Shown here piece by piece: positions 40,075 through 50,250 of a DNA stretch of 64,000 bases; position 1 is the first letter of the stretch, and every line of letters begins with the position of its first letter. Position numbers and translations under genes: made by a program. The notes beneath the pieces are model-generated. The model was not told the origin of the DNA and did not search any database. It was given only the letters and a program-made list of their open reading frames with translations. Source of the stretch: Candidatus Heimdallarchaeota archaeon (GTDB lineage Archaea; Asgardarchaeota; Heimdallarchaeia; JABLTI01); contig JAHLVW010000045.1 of assembly GCA_019058275.1 (NCBI GenBank), positions 32,001 to 96,000 on the forward strand, in the 5' to 3' direction.

Positions 40075-40679
40075 TAAACCACTTTGCAAAAGAGAACAAA
40101 AATTTCGTAGTTAACGAGGATATCTCTATGAGCACGAATAGTATTCGCAAAATAGTTAAACAGGATTTTGAACTTAACACTAATGCAGTACAAAAAATCA
40201 ATAAAATATTAGAAATATCAAATCACGATTCTAGAAATTTAATTCCGATTCTACAAGATTTACAGGACGAATTCAATTATCTTCCAGAAAAAATCATTTC
40301 ACATATTGCAAAAGAGTTGAATGTTTCAGAGCATCATATTTACGGTGTTGCTACATTCTACTCGCAATTTAAATTTATTAAACCAGGCAAACATATTATT
40401 AGAGTTTGTATGGGGACTGCCTGTCATGTTCTTGGAGCACAATCACTTCTAGATAAATTGTCTCGAGATCTGAAAATAGATTCAGGCGAAACGACCGAAG
40501 ATGAATTGTTTAGCCTTGAAAGTGTGTATTGCTTAGGATGTTGTGCTTTAGCACCTGTAATGTTGATTGATGACGAAGTTTACGGAAGTATGACTGCAGC
40601 TAAAGTAAATAAGATCTTGCGAAAATATCGCAAGGTTGACAAGCCAAAGCAAACTAAAAGCGGGACTGGTAAGAAATGA
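40068..40679 (+). CDS. NuoE/HydC-like [2Fe-2S] subunit
   Basis: YGVATFYSQF, VCMGTACHVLG, CLGCCALAP. Confidence 0.9.
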   Translation: MVINHFAKENKNFVVNEDISMSTNSIRKIVKQDFELNTNAVQKINKILEISNHDSRNLIPILQDLQDEFNYLPEKIISHIAKELNVSEHHIYGVATFYSQFKFIKPGKHIIRVCMGTACHVLGAQSLLDKLSRDLKIDSGETTEDELFSLESVYCLGCCALAPVMLIDDEVYGSMTAAKVNKILRKYRKVDKPKQTKSGTGKK

Positions 40680-42547
40680 GTAATTTTTATTCAATGGTTA
40701 AACAAGCTAAAACCTCTTGGGAAAACTTACAAAACCAAAAGAAGCCAGTCATCTACACTGGAGCAGCATCATGTGGAAGAGCAGCTGGTATATTACCTAT
40801 AATTGAGGAACTAAAAGATATCTCAAAACAGATACCCATTGACATAGTTGAAGTGGGATGCATCGGTCCATGTTATCTAGAACCAATTATAGGTATTCAG
40901 AAAAAAGGAACACCAACGATACTATACGGAAATGTTCAAGCAAGGCAAGTAAAAGAGATAGTGGAAAATTACCTAGTTAAAGGAAACCCACAAGCTGATA
41001 AGGCAATTGGTGTGTTGGGAGAAAATGGCAAAGAAGGAATTCCTTCATTTTGGGAACATCCTATGTTAAAGAATCAAGTACGTATTGTATTAAGAAATTG
41101 TGGCATTATTGATCCAACAAACATTGATCATTATTTAGCAATGGATGGTTATCTTGGTTTAAAAAACGCATTAGCAATGAGTCCAGATGAAGTAATTAAA
41201 GTTGTTACTGATGCTGGCTTACGAGGTAGAGGTGGTGCTGGTTTCCCAACAGGATTAAAATGGAAATTTACACGAATGGAAAAAGAACCAGAGAAGTATA
41301 TTATCTGTAATGCAGATGAAGGTGATCCAGGAGCTTTTATGAATCGATCACTAATTGAAGGTGATCCACATGCAGTTTTAGAGGGCATGGTAATAGGTGC
41401 TTACGCAATTGGAGCTCAGAAGGGGTATGTCTACTGCCGAGCAGAATACCCATTAGCTATAGAACGTTTTGAAAAAGCAATAGCAGACATGAAAGAGCGA
41501 GGTTTCTTAGGTGAAGATATACTAAATAATGATTTCACTTTTAATATTGAAATCAAAAAAGGTGCAGGAGCATTCGTCTGTGGTGAAGAAACAGCACTCA
41601 TAGCTTCTGTTATGGGTGACAGAGGAATGCCAAGACAGAAACCACCATATCCATCACAGCAAGGAGTTTGGGATAAACCAACGGTAATAAATAACGTAGA
41701 AACATTAGGAACAGTTCCAACAATCCTAAGAATGGGTAAGAGTTGGTACAGCAAATTTGGAACTGAGCAATCAAAAGGAACGAAAACATTTTCGCTTGTT
41801 GGTAAAATAAAACGTCCTGGACTAATTGAGGTACCATTAGGAACCTCATTACGAGAAGTTGTTTTCAATATAGGTGGTGGGGTTGCTGAAGAGAAGAATT
41901 TCAAAGCAATTCAAGTAGGAGGTCCCTCTGGAGGAACAATACCTTCTGCTTTTATCGATGAACTGTTAGATTATGAGGAACTTGGTAAATTAGGTGCTAT
42001 AATGGGATCAGGAGGAATAGTAGTCATCGATGATGAAACATGTGTAGTTGATCTTTCCAGGTACTTCCTTAAATTTACAGAAGCCGAATCTTGCGGAAAA
42101 TGTGTGCCTTGTCGAATTGGTAATAAACAACTTTTAATTTTGCTAGAAAAAATCACTGCTGGTAATGGAACAATTGATGATTTTGAACTTTTGGAAGAAC
42201 TAGCTCACACAATATCAGAAGGTTCACTTTGTGGACTTGGAAAAACAGCTCCAAATCCAGTAATAACCACTTTGACTTATTTTAGAGATGAATATAGAGC
42301 ACATGTTTTGGATAGAAAATGTCCTGCAAAAGTATGCAAGGATTTGTTTATTTACCAAGTAGATGAAGAAACTTGCATAGGTTGTGAAATATGTAGAAAG
42401 ATGTGTCCTACCAAAGCAGTTACTGGAGAGAAAAAGCAACCGCATGTAATTGACATATCAAAGTGTATCAAATGCGATGTTTGTTTCACTAATTGTCCAG
42501 CAAAAGCAATTAGGAAAATTGACAGGGTGGAGGTAGAAACATGGTAG
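40676..42547 (+). CDS. NuoF/HydB-like FMN/NADH-binding subunit with C-terminal 2x[4Fe-4S]
   Basis: LRGRGGAGFPTG, CNADEGDPGA, GAGAFVCGEETAL, ESCGKCVPCR, HydB-type N-terminal and ferredoxin domains. Confidence 0.92.
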   Translation: MSNFYSMVKQAKTSWENLQNQKKPVIYTGAASCGRAAGILPIIEELKDISKQIPIDIVEVGCIGPCYLEPIIGIQKKGTPTILYGNVQARQVKEIVENYLVKGNPQADKAIGVLGENGKEGIPSFWEHPMLKNQVRIVLRNCGIIDPTNIDHYLAMDGYLGLKNALAMSPDEVIKVVTDAGLRGRGGAGFPTGLKWKFTRMEKEPEKYIICNADEGDPGAFMNRSLIEGDPHAVLEGMVIGAYAIGAQKGYVYCRAEYPLAIERFEKAIADMKERGFLGEDILNNDFTFNIEIKKGAGAFVCGEETALIASVMGDRGMPRQKPPYPSQQGVWDKPTVINNVETLGTVPTILRMGKSWYSKFGTEQSKGTKTFSLVGKIKRPGLIEVPLGTSLREVVFNIGGGVAEEKNFKAIQVGGPSGGTIPSAFIDELLDYEELGKLGAIMGSGGIVVIDDETCVVDLSRYFLKFTEAESCGKCVPCRIGNKQLLILLEKITAGNGTIDDFELLEELAHTISEGSLCGLGKTAPNPVITTLTYFRDEYRAHVLDRKCPAKVCKDLFIYQVDEETCIGCEICRKMCPTKAVTGEKKQPHVIDISKCIKCDVCFTNCPAKAIRKIDRVEVETW

Positions 42548-44121
42548 AAAATATGTTAGTCGTAAATGGCAAACAATTACGCTATGTAGAAGGTAAAACA
42601 ATTTTAGAAATAGCAAGAGATAATGGGATTCATATTCCCTCTCTTTGTGCTCATGAACGATTGCCTTCTTTTGGTGCATGTAGATTATGCATGGTAAAAG
42701 TTCATGGAACATCCGGATTCATGAATGCCTGCACAACATCTGTGAAACCAGGAATGGTAATAACAACAGATAGCTTGGAAATTAAGAAACTTCGAAGATC
42801 AATTTTTGAACTCATTCTCTCAGAACATCCTAGTAGTTGTATGATGTGTGATCAAGCAGATCATTGTGACAAATTTAATTCAGGTATCATGAAAGCTGGA
42901 GTCATTACCGGTTGCAATACTTGCCCAAATAAGGAAATGTGTGAAGTGCGAATTGTTGGTGATGAGCTGAACTTCAAAAGCATTCGATTTCCAATGTTCT
43001 ACAAAGAAATACCCCTCGAGCGAAATGATCCATTCTTTGATCGAGATTATAACTTGTGTATTCACTGTGGTAGATGTGTCAGAGTTTGTCAAGATGTCGA
43101 TGGGGCAAATATTTTAGTCTTTACTAAAAAAGGACATGATACTAAAGTCGGAACTTCTTTTGAAAAACCTCATATCGAAACAAACTGCAAGTTTTGTGGA
43201 CAGTGTATTGACGTTTGTCCAACAGGAGCATTATCAGCTAGAGGACAAAAGTGGTATGAATGTCCTGATGACAAAGTAAGAACTACTTGTATTCTTTGCA
43301 AAAAAGGATGCCGATTTGAAATAGACGTAAAATGGGATCGAATGGTTGGCATGCGTCCGGATCCTGATTACAAAACACTAGAGACTGGCATATGTGTAAA
43401 GGGACGATTCTGTTTACCAGTGATGTTAAACAATGTCGATCGATTGCGTTTTCCAAGAGTTATGAAGAATTTCAAACTTTACCCAACAAATTGGGATGAG
43501 GTAGCTGTCCATGTGGCAGAAGTAATTGAGAGGTATCCATCATCAAAGATTGCTCTTTACTTATCAAATTTCTTGATTAATGAAGCAGAATATGTTTTTA
43601 GAAAATTCGCAAATCAACTTGAAATAACTAACATCTTCACCAAACCAGAAGACTTAGCACAAATAGACAAGAAAGGAATAAAAGTCCTTTACACGACAGA
43701 AGGATTGCCAAAGCTGAACAAATACAAATCATTAGAGCATATTATTTTCCAAGAAATATTTCCAGCAGATGGATATGAACATGCTGAAGTAATTCTACCT
43801 GCAGCTGCGTTCACTGAGGAATTTGGAACTTATATAACCGAAAGAGGACCAATGCCTCTACAAAAAATCGTAAAAGCTCCTGATCTAGCTCTCGAAGATT
43901 GGAAGATAGTTGTAAAGATTGCTAGAGAATTAGCTCTGACAGGATTCGATTTCCTAGATACAGATGAAATAGACCAGGAAATTGGCAGAGTACATTATCG
44001 ACCAGAAATAAAACCAGTAGGTGAGTACTATTTAAAATATCGTGGTACTCCAATTGCTGAAAAAGTGCCTGATTTCGACCTTCTTCTAAGGTATAGAAAA
44101 GGTAGGGAGAAAATGTGGTGA
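42541..44121 (+). CDS. NuoG/HydA/FdhA-like Fe-S subunit with truncated molybdopterin-fold remnant
   Basis: [2Fe-2S] GACRLC..AC, HPSSCMMC, CIHCGRCVRVC, CKFCGQCIDVCP, CILCKKGC..C; only 526 aa; no H-cluster motifs. Confidence 0.8.
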   Translation: MVENMLVVNGKQLRYVEGKTILEIARDNGIHIPSLCAHERLPSFGACRLCMVKVHGTSGFMNACTTSVKPGMVITTDSLEIKKLRRSIFELILSEHPSSCMMCDQADHCDKFNSGIMKAGVITGCNTCPNKEMCEVRIVGDELNFKSIRFPMFYKEIPLERNDPFFDRDYNLCIHCGRCVRVCQDVDGANILVFTKKGHDTKVGTSFEKPHIETNCKFCGQCIDVCPTGALSARGQKWYECPDDKVRTTCILCKKGCRFEIDVKWDRMVGMRPDPDYKTLETGICVKGRFCLPVMLNNVDRLRFPRVMKNFKLYPTNWDEVAVHVAEVIERYPSSKIALYLSNFLINEAEYVFRKFANQLEITNIFTKPEDLAQIDKKGIKVLYTTEGLPKLNKYKSLEHIIFQEIFPADGYEHAEVILPAAAFTEEFGTYITERGPMPLQKIVKAPDLALEDWKIVVKIARELALTGFDFLDTDEIDQEIGRVHYRPEIKPVGEYYLKYRGTPIAEKVPDFDLLLRYRKGREKMW

Positions 44122-44987
44122 TAAAGATGTACCAAATCGTAGATAAAATTGAGGAAGCACCAAATGTACACAGATTAATAATACATGAACCAATGATTGC
44201 AGAAAAAGCTCAACCAGGGCAATTTGTAATCATAATGTCAGATGAGAAGGGTGAACGTGTTCCTATGTCCATAGCAAGTACAGAGAAAAATACTTTCACA
44301 ATATTCCTCCTTGAATTAGGTATATCTTCTGCAAAAATTGCGAATCTGAAAAAAGGTGATGACCTTTACTGTGTAGTTGGACCACTTGGTATGCCATCAA
44401 AGATAGAAAACTATGGACGAGTAGTACTTGGAGGAGGATGCTATGGTATTGGAGCAATATACCCAATAGCCAAGGCATTAAAAGAAGCAGGGAATCATGT
44501 GACTAGTATTCTTGAAGCAAGAAACAAATACCTACTCTATTATCAAAAGGAACTGGAAGCAGTATCAGATGAAGTATATATTGCTACTTCAGATGGTTCA
44601 GTCGGAACTAAAGGACATGTGCAAGATGTTCTTGTGAATCTAATAAGAGACGATCATCAATACGACCATGCAAAATTCATTGGCTGTACTTATATGATGA
44701 TGAATTGTGCACACATTACACACCCTTATAAGATTCCAACAATGGTTAGCTTGAATACTATCATGCTTGATGCGACAGGAATGTGCGGTTGTTGTAGGGT
44801 CACAGTCGACGGTGACACTAAATTTGCTTGTGTTGATGGTCCAGAATTTGATGGTCATTTAGTGAACTGGAATGAACTAATGATGAGAAAGAAATCTTAC
44901 CATGAAGAAGAGATGATTTCCTATCAAACGGGTCCACACGTCTGTAGAGCACTTCTAGAAATAAACTTTGGTGAGAACATTGAGTGA
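44115..44987 (+). CDS. nfnA: NfnA/SudB small subunit (FNR-like, [2Fe-2S])
   Basis: AQPGQFVII, ERVPMSI, VVGPLG, MLDATGMCGCCRV, FACVDGPEFDGH. Confidence 0.88.
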   Translation: MVIKMYQIVDKIEEAPNVHRLIIHEPMIAEKAQPGQFVIIMSDEKGERVPMSIASTEKNTFTIFLLELGISSAKIANLKKGDDLYCVVGPLGMPSKIENYGRVVLGGGCYGIGAIYPIAKALKEAGNHVTSILEARNKYLLYYQKELEAVSDEVYIATSDGSVGTKGHVQDVLVNLIRDDHQYDHAKFIGCTYMMMNCAHITHPYKIPTMVSLNTIMLDATGMCGCCRVTVDGDTKFACVDGPEFDGHLVNWNELMMRKKSYHEEEMISYQTGPHVCRALLEINFGENIE

Positions 44988-46614
44988 AAAGAAGAAACCT
45001 ACAACTGAAGAGAAGAAGCTCATAAAAACAGATGCTAAGCCTAGTACAAAGGAAAAGAAAGCTAAGCCCAAACTTAAGAAACCAACAACAATCAAGAAAG
45101 AACCAACGAAAACACCTGAGAAAGCTAGTGATAGAGAAAAAAAGAAGCGCCCACCAAGACCACCTCGTGCGAAAATGAATGAGCAACCACCAGAAATCAG
45201 GGTTAAGAATTTTGAGGAAGTTCCCTATGGTTTAACTCCTGAACAAGCAAAAATCGAAGCATCACGATGTATTCAATGTAAAAAACCAAAATGTGTAGAA
45301 GGTTGCCCTGTTGGTGTTAAAATCCCTGAATTTATAGCTTTAATCGCTGATGGTAAATTTGTTGAAGCTGCTTGTAAAATTAAAGAAACGAATGTTTTAC
45401 CTGCGGTTTGTGGTCGGGTTTGCCCACAAGAGACTCAATGTGAGGAAACATGTGTCCTTGCAAGACGCAGTGAACCTGTTGCAATTGGTTGGTTAGAGAA
45501 ATTCTGTGCTGATTTTGAAAGACTAGGTGGACACATTAAACTTCCAAAGAAACAGAAACCCAATAGAAAGAAAATTGCTATTATTGGATCTGGACCTGCT
45601 GGTTTGACTGTAGCAGGTGATCTTACACTACTCGGTTATTCAGTAACAATATTTGAAGCATTTCATAAGGGTGGAGGTGTCCTTGTATACGGCATTCCAG
45701 AATTTCGACTACCTAAGGAAATAGTCGAAAAAGAGATTCATTACTTAGAACGTCTTGGTGTTACTATTAAATACAATCATGTTATTGGTAGGTGTAAATC
45801 AATTGATGAGCTCTTTACAAGAGATGGTTTTGATACAGTATTTATTGGTGTTGGAGCAGGCTTACCAAGATTCATGAATATGCCTGGTGAAAATCTAACT
45901 GGTGTCTATTCTGCAAACGAATACCTTACAAGATCAAATCTTATGAAAGCATACCTCTTTCCGGATTATAATACACCAATTAGAAAAGGTCGAAGTGTTA
46001 CAGTAGTTGGTGGGGGTAATGTTGCTATGGATTGTGCAAGAACAGCAATGAGATTAGGTTCATCAAAAGTCACATTAGTATATCGAAGAGCAAGAGAGCA
46101 AATGCCTGCTAGGTTAGAAGAAATTCACCACGCAGAAGAAGAAGGCATAATTTTAAGATTATTATCCAATCCAGTTGAAATCATTGGTGATGAAAAAGGT
46201 CGTGTGACAAAGATCAAGTGTCAAAGATATGAACTAGGAGAACCTGATGATTCAGGAAGAAGACGACCCGTTCCAATAGAAAATGATTATTTTGAGTATG
46301 ATACTGATTTAGTTATAATAGCTATTGGAAATAATTCAAATCCATTGATCGCTGCTACGACACCTGATATTAAAACAAACAAATGGGGAAATATTGTAGT
46401 TGATGACTTAGGAAGAACTAGCAAAAAGTACGTCTATGCTGCAGGAGACATAGTTACAGGTGCAGCAACTGTAATTTCAGCAATGGGTGGAGCACGACAA
46501 GCTGCAATAGGCATCCATTATGATTTGACAGGACATATAGATCCTGAAATACCAACTGCTTGTGAAATGCCTGATGAGTGGTTAGATGAAGAAGAAAAAC
46601 CTAAAGCTAATTAG
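44968..46614 (+). CDS. nfnB: NfnB/SudA large subunit (GltD-like) with Lys-rich N-terminal extension
   Basis: EASRCIQC..CVEGCPV, VCGRVCPQETQCE, GSGPAG, YGIPEFRLPK, GGGNVAMD, GDIVTGAATVISAMG. Confidence 0.88.
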   Translation: MVRTLSEKKKPTTEEKKLIKTDAKPSTKEKKAKPKLKKPTTIKKEPTKTPEKASDREKKKRPPRPPRAKMNEQPPEIRVKNFEEVPYGLTPEQAKIEASRCIQCKKPKCVEGCPVGVKIPEFIALIADGKFVEAACKIKETNVLPAVCGRVCPQETQCEETCVLARRSEPVAIGWLEKFCADFERLGGHIKLPKKQKPNRKKIAIIGSGPAGLTVAGDLTLLGYSVTIFEAFHKGGGVLVYGIPEFRLPKEIVEKEIHYLERLGVTIKYNHVIGRCKSIDELFTRDGFDTVFIGVGAGLPRFMNMPGENLTGVYSANEYLTRSNLMKAYLFPDYNTPIRKGRSVTVVGGGNVAMDCARTAMRLGSSKVTLVYRRAREQMPARLEEIHHAEEEGIILRLLSNPVEIIGDEKGRVTKIKCQRYELGEPDDSGRRRPVPIENDYFEYDTDLVIIAIGNNSNPLIAATTPDIKTNKWGNIVVDDLGRTSKKYVYAAGDIVTGAATVISAMGGARQAAIGIHYDLTGHIDPEIPTACEMPDEWLDEEEKPKAN

Positions 46615-46844
46615 TAAGTCATAAGAGATATTCTTATGTCATTACCAACTTTTTTATTTTTAATGAGGGTTTAAAGTGCTAGGTTCAGCTACTCTTGATG
46701 CAAAGTTTTGGTTTTATTTTTTCAATGCAATTCTCTTAATTATTCATGAGATTGATTCGGGATGTTGGAAGGAATAGGAAATATTCAATATTCATGAGGG
46801 AATTATTGGATTTTTATTACTACACATTCCAATCCAGTCTGTTA

Positions 46845-46978
46845 TTTTGTCCTCACTGTAACAAAAGCAATACAAAAGGGAATGTTGTCAAATTCATTGT
46901 CACAAACCAAAAAGGGGAAACTGGTAATTTAATGCTAAGTCCTTATTTGAATCTGTTTACAAACAAGTCAACTATTGA
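46845..46978 (+). pseudogene. 134-bp remnant of the Cys-rich gene 39286-40074
   Basis: Gap-free, high-identity match to 39709-39842 (FCPHCNKSN...LMLSPYLNLFTNKSTI). Confidence 0.8.
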
Positions 46979-47002
46979 GTTTAATGGTTTTAATTTAAAT
47001 AA

Positions 47003-47776
47003 CTAGAAAGGATAAATAGCATTTTTTTCTAGAAAATTTATTGATTCTTCAATTTTTTTTAGATCAGAGACTTCCAATACAACAACAGGATTTTGACAAT
47101 AATCTTGAACTAATGCATTAAAGAGTTTCCAATCAACGTTACCTTGACCCGGAGAATTTTCTTCATCTTTTTCTCCATCATTATCGTTTATATGTATGTA
47201 AACAATGTTATCGTTTAGAACTTCAAACCATTTTTTCATAGGCACTCTAGAGAATACATTACAATGTCCAGTATCAAAACAAACTTTCAATTTTGAAGAA
47301 TTAACACCAAAAATTACTTCAGCTAACCATTTTGGTGTATAATCCCACATATTCTCAAGTAAAATTGTGAAATTATAATTATCAACTATACTTGACCAAA
47401 ACTCAATGTGATTCTTGACCCAATTTTTATAATAACTTTCACTTCCCATCATTGGATAATAGTTTGTATGAAAAACAATGAATTTTGTTTCCAATTTTTG
47501 AGCAATTTCTAGACATTGTTGAATTCTTTCAATTGAAACTTGTTTTATCTTACTATCAGGACTGTTTATGTATAAATCAAAAACTGCTCCATGCATCGAA
47601 TAATACAAATTTTTATCAACTTCATTTGTTAGATATTCTCTAAGAATATTTTGATAATTAGTATCAAGTATTTTTGGGAACGCAAAATCAATAATCTCAA
47701 AAGCAAAGTTTCTTTCATTTATGAGATTATAGTATTTTGCCAATGAATTATAAGGTTGTATAAGAATTTTTGACAT
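47003..47776 (-). CDS. Sugar phosphate isomerase/epimerase (AP-endonuclease-2 TIM barrel)
   Basis: SMHG, VFH, LLENM, CFDTGH, YIHINDNDG, VLEV. Confidence 0.82.
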   Translation of the reverse strand: MSKILIQPYNSLAKYYNLINERNFAFEIIDFAFPKILDTNYQNILREYLTNEVDKNLYYSMHGAVFDLYINSPDSKIKQVSIERIQQCLEIAQKLETKFIVFHTNYYPMMGSESYYKNWVKNHIEFWSSIVDNYNFTILLENMWDYTPKWLAEVIFGVNSSKLKVCFDTGHCNVFSRVPMKKWFEVLNDNIVYIHINDNDGEKDEENSPGQGNVDWKLFNALVQDYCQNPVVVLEVSDLKKIEESINFLEKNAIYPF

Positions 47777-48044
47777 ATATAGAATAACTCATTTGAGTTA
47801 AAAAATAATTAGATTATTGATGATTTATAGATTACACGAGTAACCAACAAAACCAACTAATTTAATTAAATGTCTGATTAAAAGTTAAATAGTTTTTTAG
47901 CATTTCTCGAGATAATTTTAGCAAATTCATTTAAACTTATACTTTTGAAAGAAGCTAAGTTCATAGCAATTTTCTCCAATTCATAAATAAAGAGTAAAGC
48001 AAACTTACATTTTTGATCATCTTGAATAGCTTTGATCAATAATA

Positions 48045-48728
48045 CTATTCATAACCGTAATCAATCCAAGCTTTTTTCATATCAGGATTTTTATCGAGGT
48101 ATGAATCAACAAGCTCTTTTGGCACTCTATTAAATGGACAAGAGAAATTAACACATTTAGTACATATTCGTGTAAATAGGAAAGTAAAACCAAAAATCAA
48201 ACCAATTACAGAAGCTCCAATCAAGGTTATTAGTGTAATGAAAATGGATTTATCAAATGGTGTAGTAGTTGCTACAATAACAATACTTGGGACCTGTGCA
48301 AGAAGCAGTAAGGTTACGAATAATATGAATCCAATAGTTAATAGCACTCTTTCAAAAGTGTTCATTGGTTCGGGGTGATATTTGAAGAATTTTATGAAAC
48401 CATGGTTAGCCAAACAGTGAAGCATAAGACCATCTCGAGAGTAGTAGGGACAATGACTGCAAAGAATTCTAGTCTCAACAATAAAGAAAACTGCAAAATA
48501 ACCAATTAAAACTCCAAGTCTCCACCAACCTCCAGTGAAAACAGAACCAACGATAACTCCTCCAAAAATTATGAGTAATGCAGGACTCATAATATATAAG
48601 AAACGGAGAACATGCTGTCGTTTCCATCGGCAATCCAATTTGATGTTATTAGCACATCCTTCACAAAGGGATTCATCTTGCCATGTGCAACAAACTTGAT
48701 AGGTTTTCTCTGAGGAACCATTACTAAT
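48045..48728 (-). CDS. Cys-rich integral membrane protein of unknown function; frame stays open upstream of the tracked TTG (48638), start uncertain
   Basis: CCTWQDESLCEGC...DCRW; ETRILCSHCPYY...HC; ICTKCVNFSCPFN; 4 TM segments. Confidence 0.65.
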   Translation of the reverse strand: MSNGSSEKTYQVCCTWQDESLCEGCANNIKLDCRWKRQHVLRFLYIMSPALLIIFGGVIVGSVFTGGWWRLGVLIGYFAVFFIVETRILCSHCPYYSRDGLMLHCLANHGFIKFFKYHPEPMNTFERVLLTIGFILFVTLLLLAQVPSIVIVATTTPFDKSIFITLITLIGASVIGLIFGFTFLFTRICTKCVNFSCPFNRVPKELVDSYLDKNPDMKKAWIDYGYE

Positions 48729-48846
48729 CTTTCTGAACTCTCCAAAAATAAATTAATAAAACAATATGGTATACAGATATTAACTTTTTTCAAACTAGTT
48801 TGTAAGTGGTATTAATGACTGAAACATGTAAACTTATTATTGTGTA

Positions 48847-49062
48847 TCATACTCTCGCATAACTAATCCAAACAAGACCCATTAAAGCTAAGAATGGAGC
48901 CATGAGTATAAAACCTATTAGACTAACTAACGATATGCCATAAGATAGTCCCACAGCAACAAGAATGAAGCCTATAAAAGCGAAAAATCCTAAGATAATT
49001 GCTATAATAATGAAAATCTTGCGTGTTTTTTCCATTTGATTAAATTTTTCTATTAAATTCAT
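48847..49062 (-). CDS. Small two-TM membrane protein
   Basis: 71 aa, two hydrophobic helices, GGAAAGGG upstream. Confidence 0.5.
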   Translation of the reverse strand: MNLIEKFNQMEKTRKIFIIIAIILGFFAFIGFILVAVGLSYGISLVSLIGFILMAPFLALMGLVWISYARV

Positions 49063-49236
49063 ATCTATCCCTTTCCATATGGAAAACTCAATTTAAGTAC
49101 AAATAAACCTATTTAGTATTTAGAGTTTGGGGAATTAAAAAATGGATAAGTGTATTCATTAGATGATAATTGAGAAGGCAAATTAATAAAATAGTTAGAG
49201 TATTCAAAAAGTAAATTCATTGAAATTTGGATACAA

Positions 49237-49948
49237 GTGGTTCTAATGACAAAAACTAGCAAATCAGTAATAGCTTATCACAAAAATTGTATAGCAACAG
49301 AAGATTCCGAATGCCAAGATTGTGATTTAGATGGATTGTTAATATGTAGATTTGATAAGCAGTTTGCTAGAAAATTCATGTTAGGAAATACGCTCTATAG
49401 ATTATTAGCAATAGCTATATTCGTTCTTTCATGTTTGTTGATCGGTCATTGGTGGATGCTACCAACATATGTTGGAATACTAATACTTACTTTTTTTGTT
49501 ATTGAACCTCGATTATTCTGTAGTCATTGTCCATACTATGAATTAGAAGGAAAATATCTGAAATGTTGGGCTCTAAGAGGAATGCCAAAAATTTGGAAAT
49601 ATAGACCTGAACCAATAAGCAAATGGGAGAAATACTTGATGCTTGTATTTGGGACATATATCGATCTATTCCCATTTGTAGGACTAATATGGGGTATTGT
49701 CGAATTTGCACGTAATGCTGTAGAAACACTTAACTTAGGAATTGGAATAAGTGTTGTAGGTGGGTTATTCATTATTGTGGCTATAATTTTCGCTCAAGTA
49801 TTACTAGGAATGAACTGCAAACTTTTCATGTGGAATGAACGAAGTGACACCTGAAATAGCAGCTAAATTTCTAGAAAAAAATCCAAAAATAAAGGAAGCA
49901 TGGGAAAAAGCAGGTTGGAAACCACCAATTAATAATGAAGAAAGCTAG
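49237..49948 (+). pseudogene. Paralog of 48045-48728, frameshifted near 49815-49822
   Basis: IEPRLFCSHCPYY; the expected NFSCGMNEV...FLEKNPKIKEAWEKAG C-terminus lies in another frame, ending at TAG 49946-49948. Confidence 0.7.
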
Positions 49949-50012
49949 TAAATTCTTGATTCATTAATAAGATTTAAAAAAAGGTAAAGACAGCAATTGA
50001 AATACAAAAAAT

Positions 50013-50089
50013 GCCACTGTGGCTCAGCCTGGTAGAGCGACAGACTTGTAATCTGTTGGTCAGGGGTTCAAATCCCCTCAGTGGCTCCA
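50013..50089 (+). tRNA. tRNA-Thr(TGT)
   Basis: GCCACTG/CAGTGGC acceptor, ACAGA-CT TGT AA-TCTGT anticodon arm, TTCAAAT, TCCA end. Confidence 0.95.
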
Positions 50090-50250
50090 TTCAGTTTTTG
50101 TAACATCTTATAGAGTGTCATAATAAATAAGACCTATATTAATTCTTTTTATTGAGAAAAAATCAAATCATTTGTAGACTTATTTTGGTAATATAATCAA
50201 ACAAGCATTTAGATAGATATTTTCAATGATAACAAGGAAGATGATTAAGA

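Noticed and set aside
46746-47006. 86-aa ORF as a real gene
   Set aside because: Only its central 134 bp is homologous to the Cys-rich gene; the flanks look non-coding
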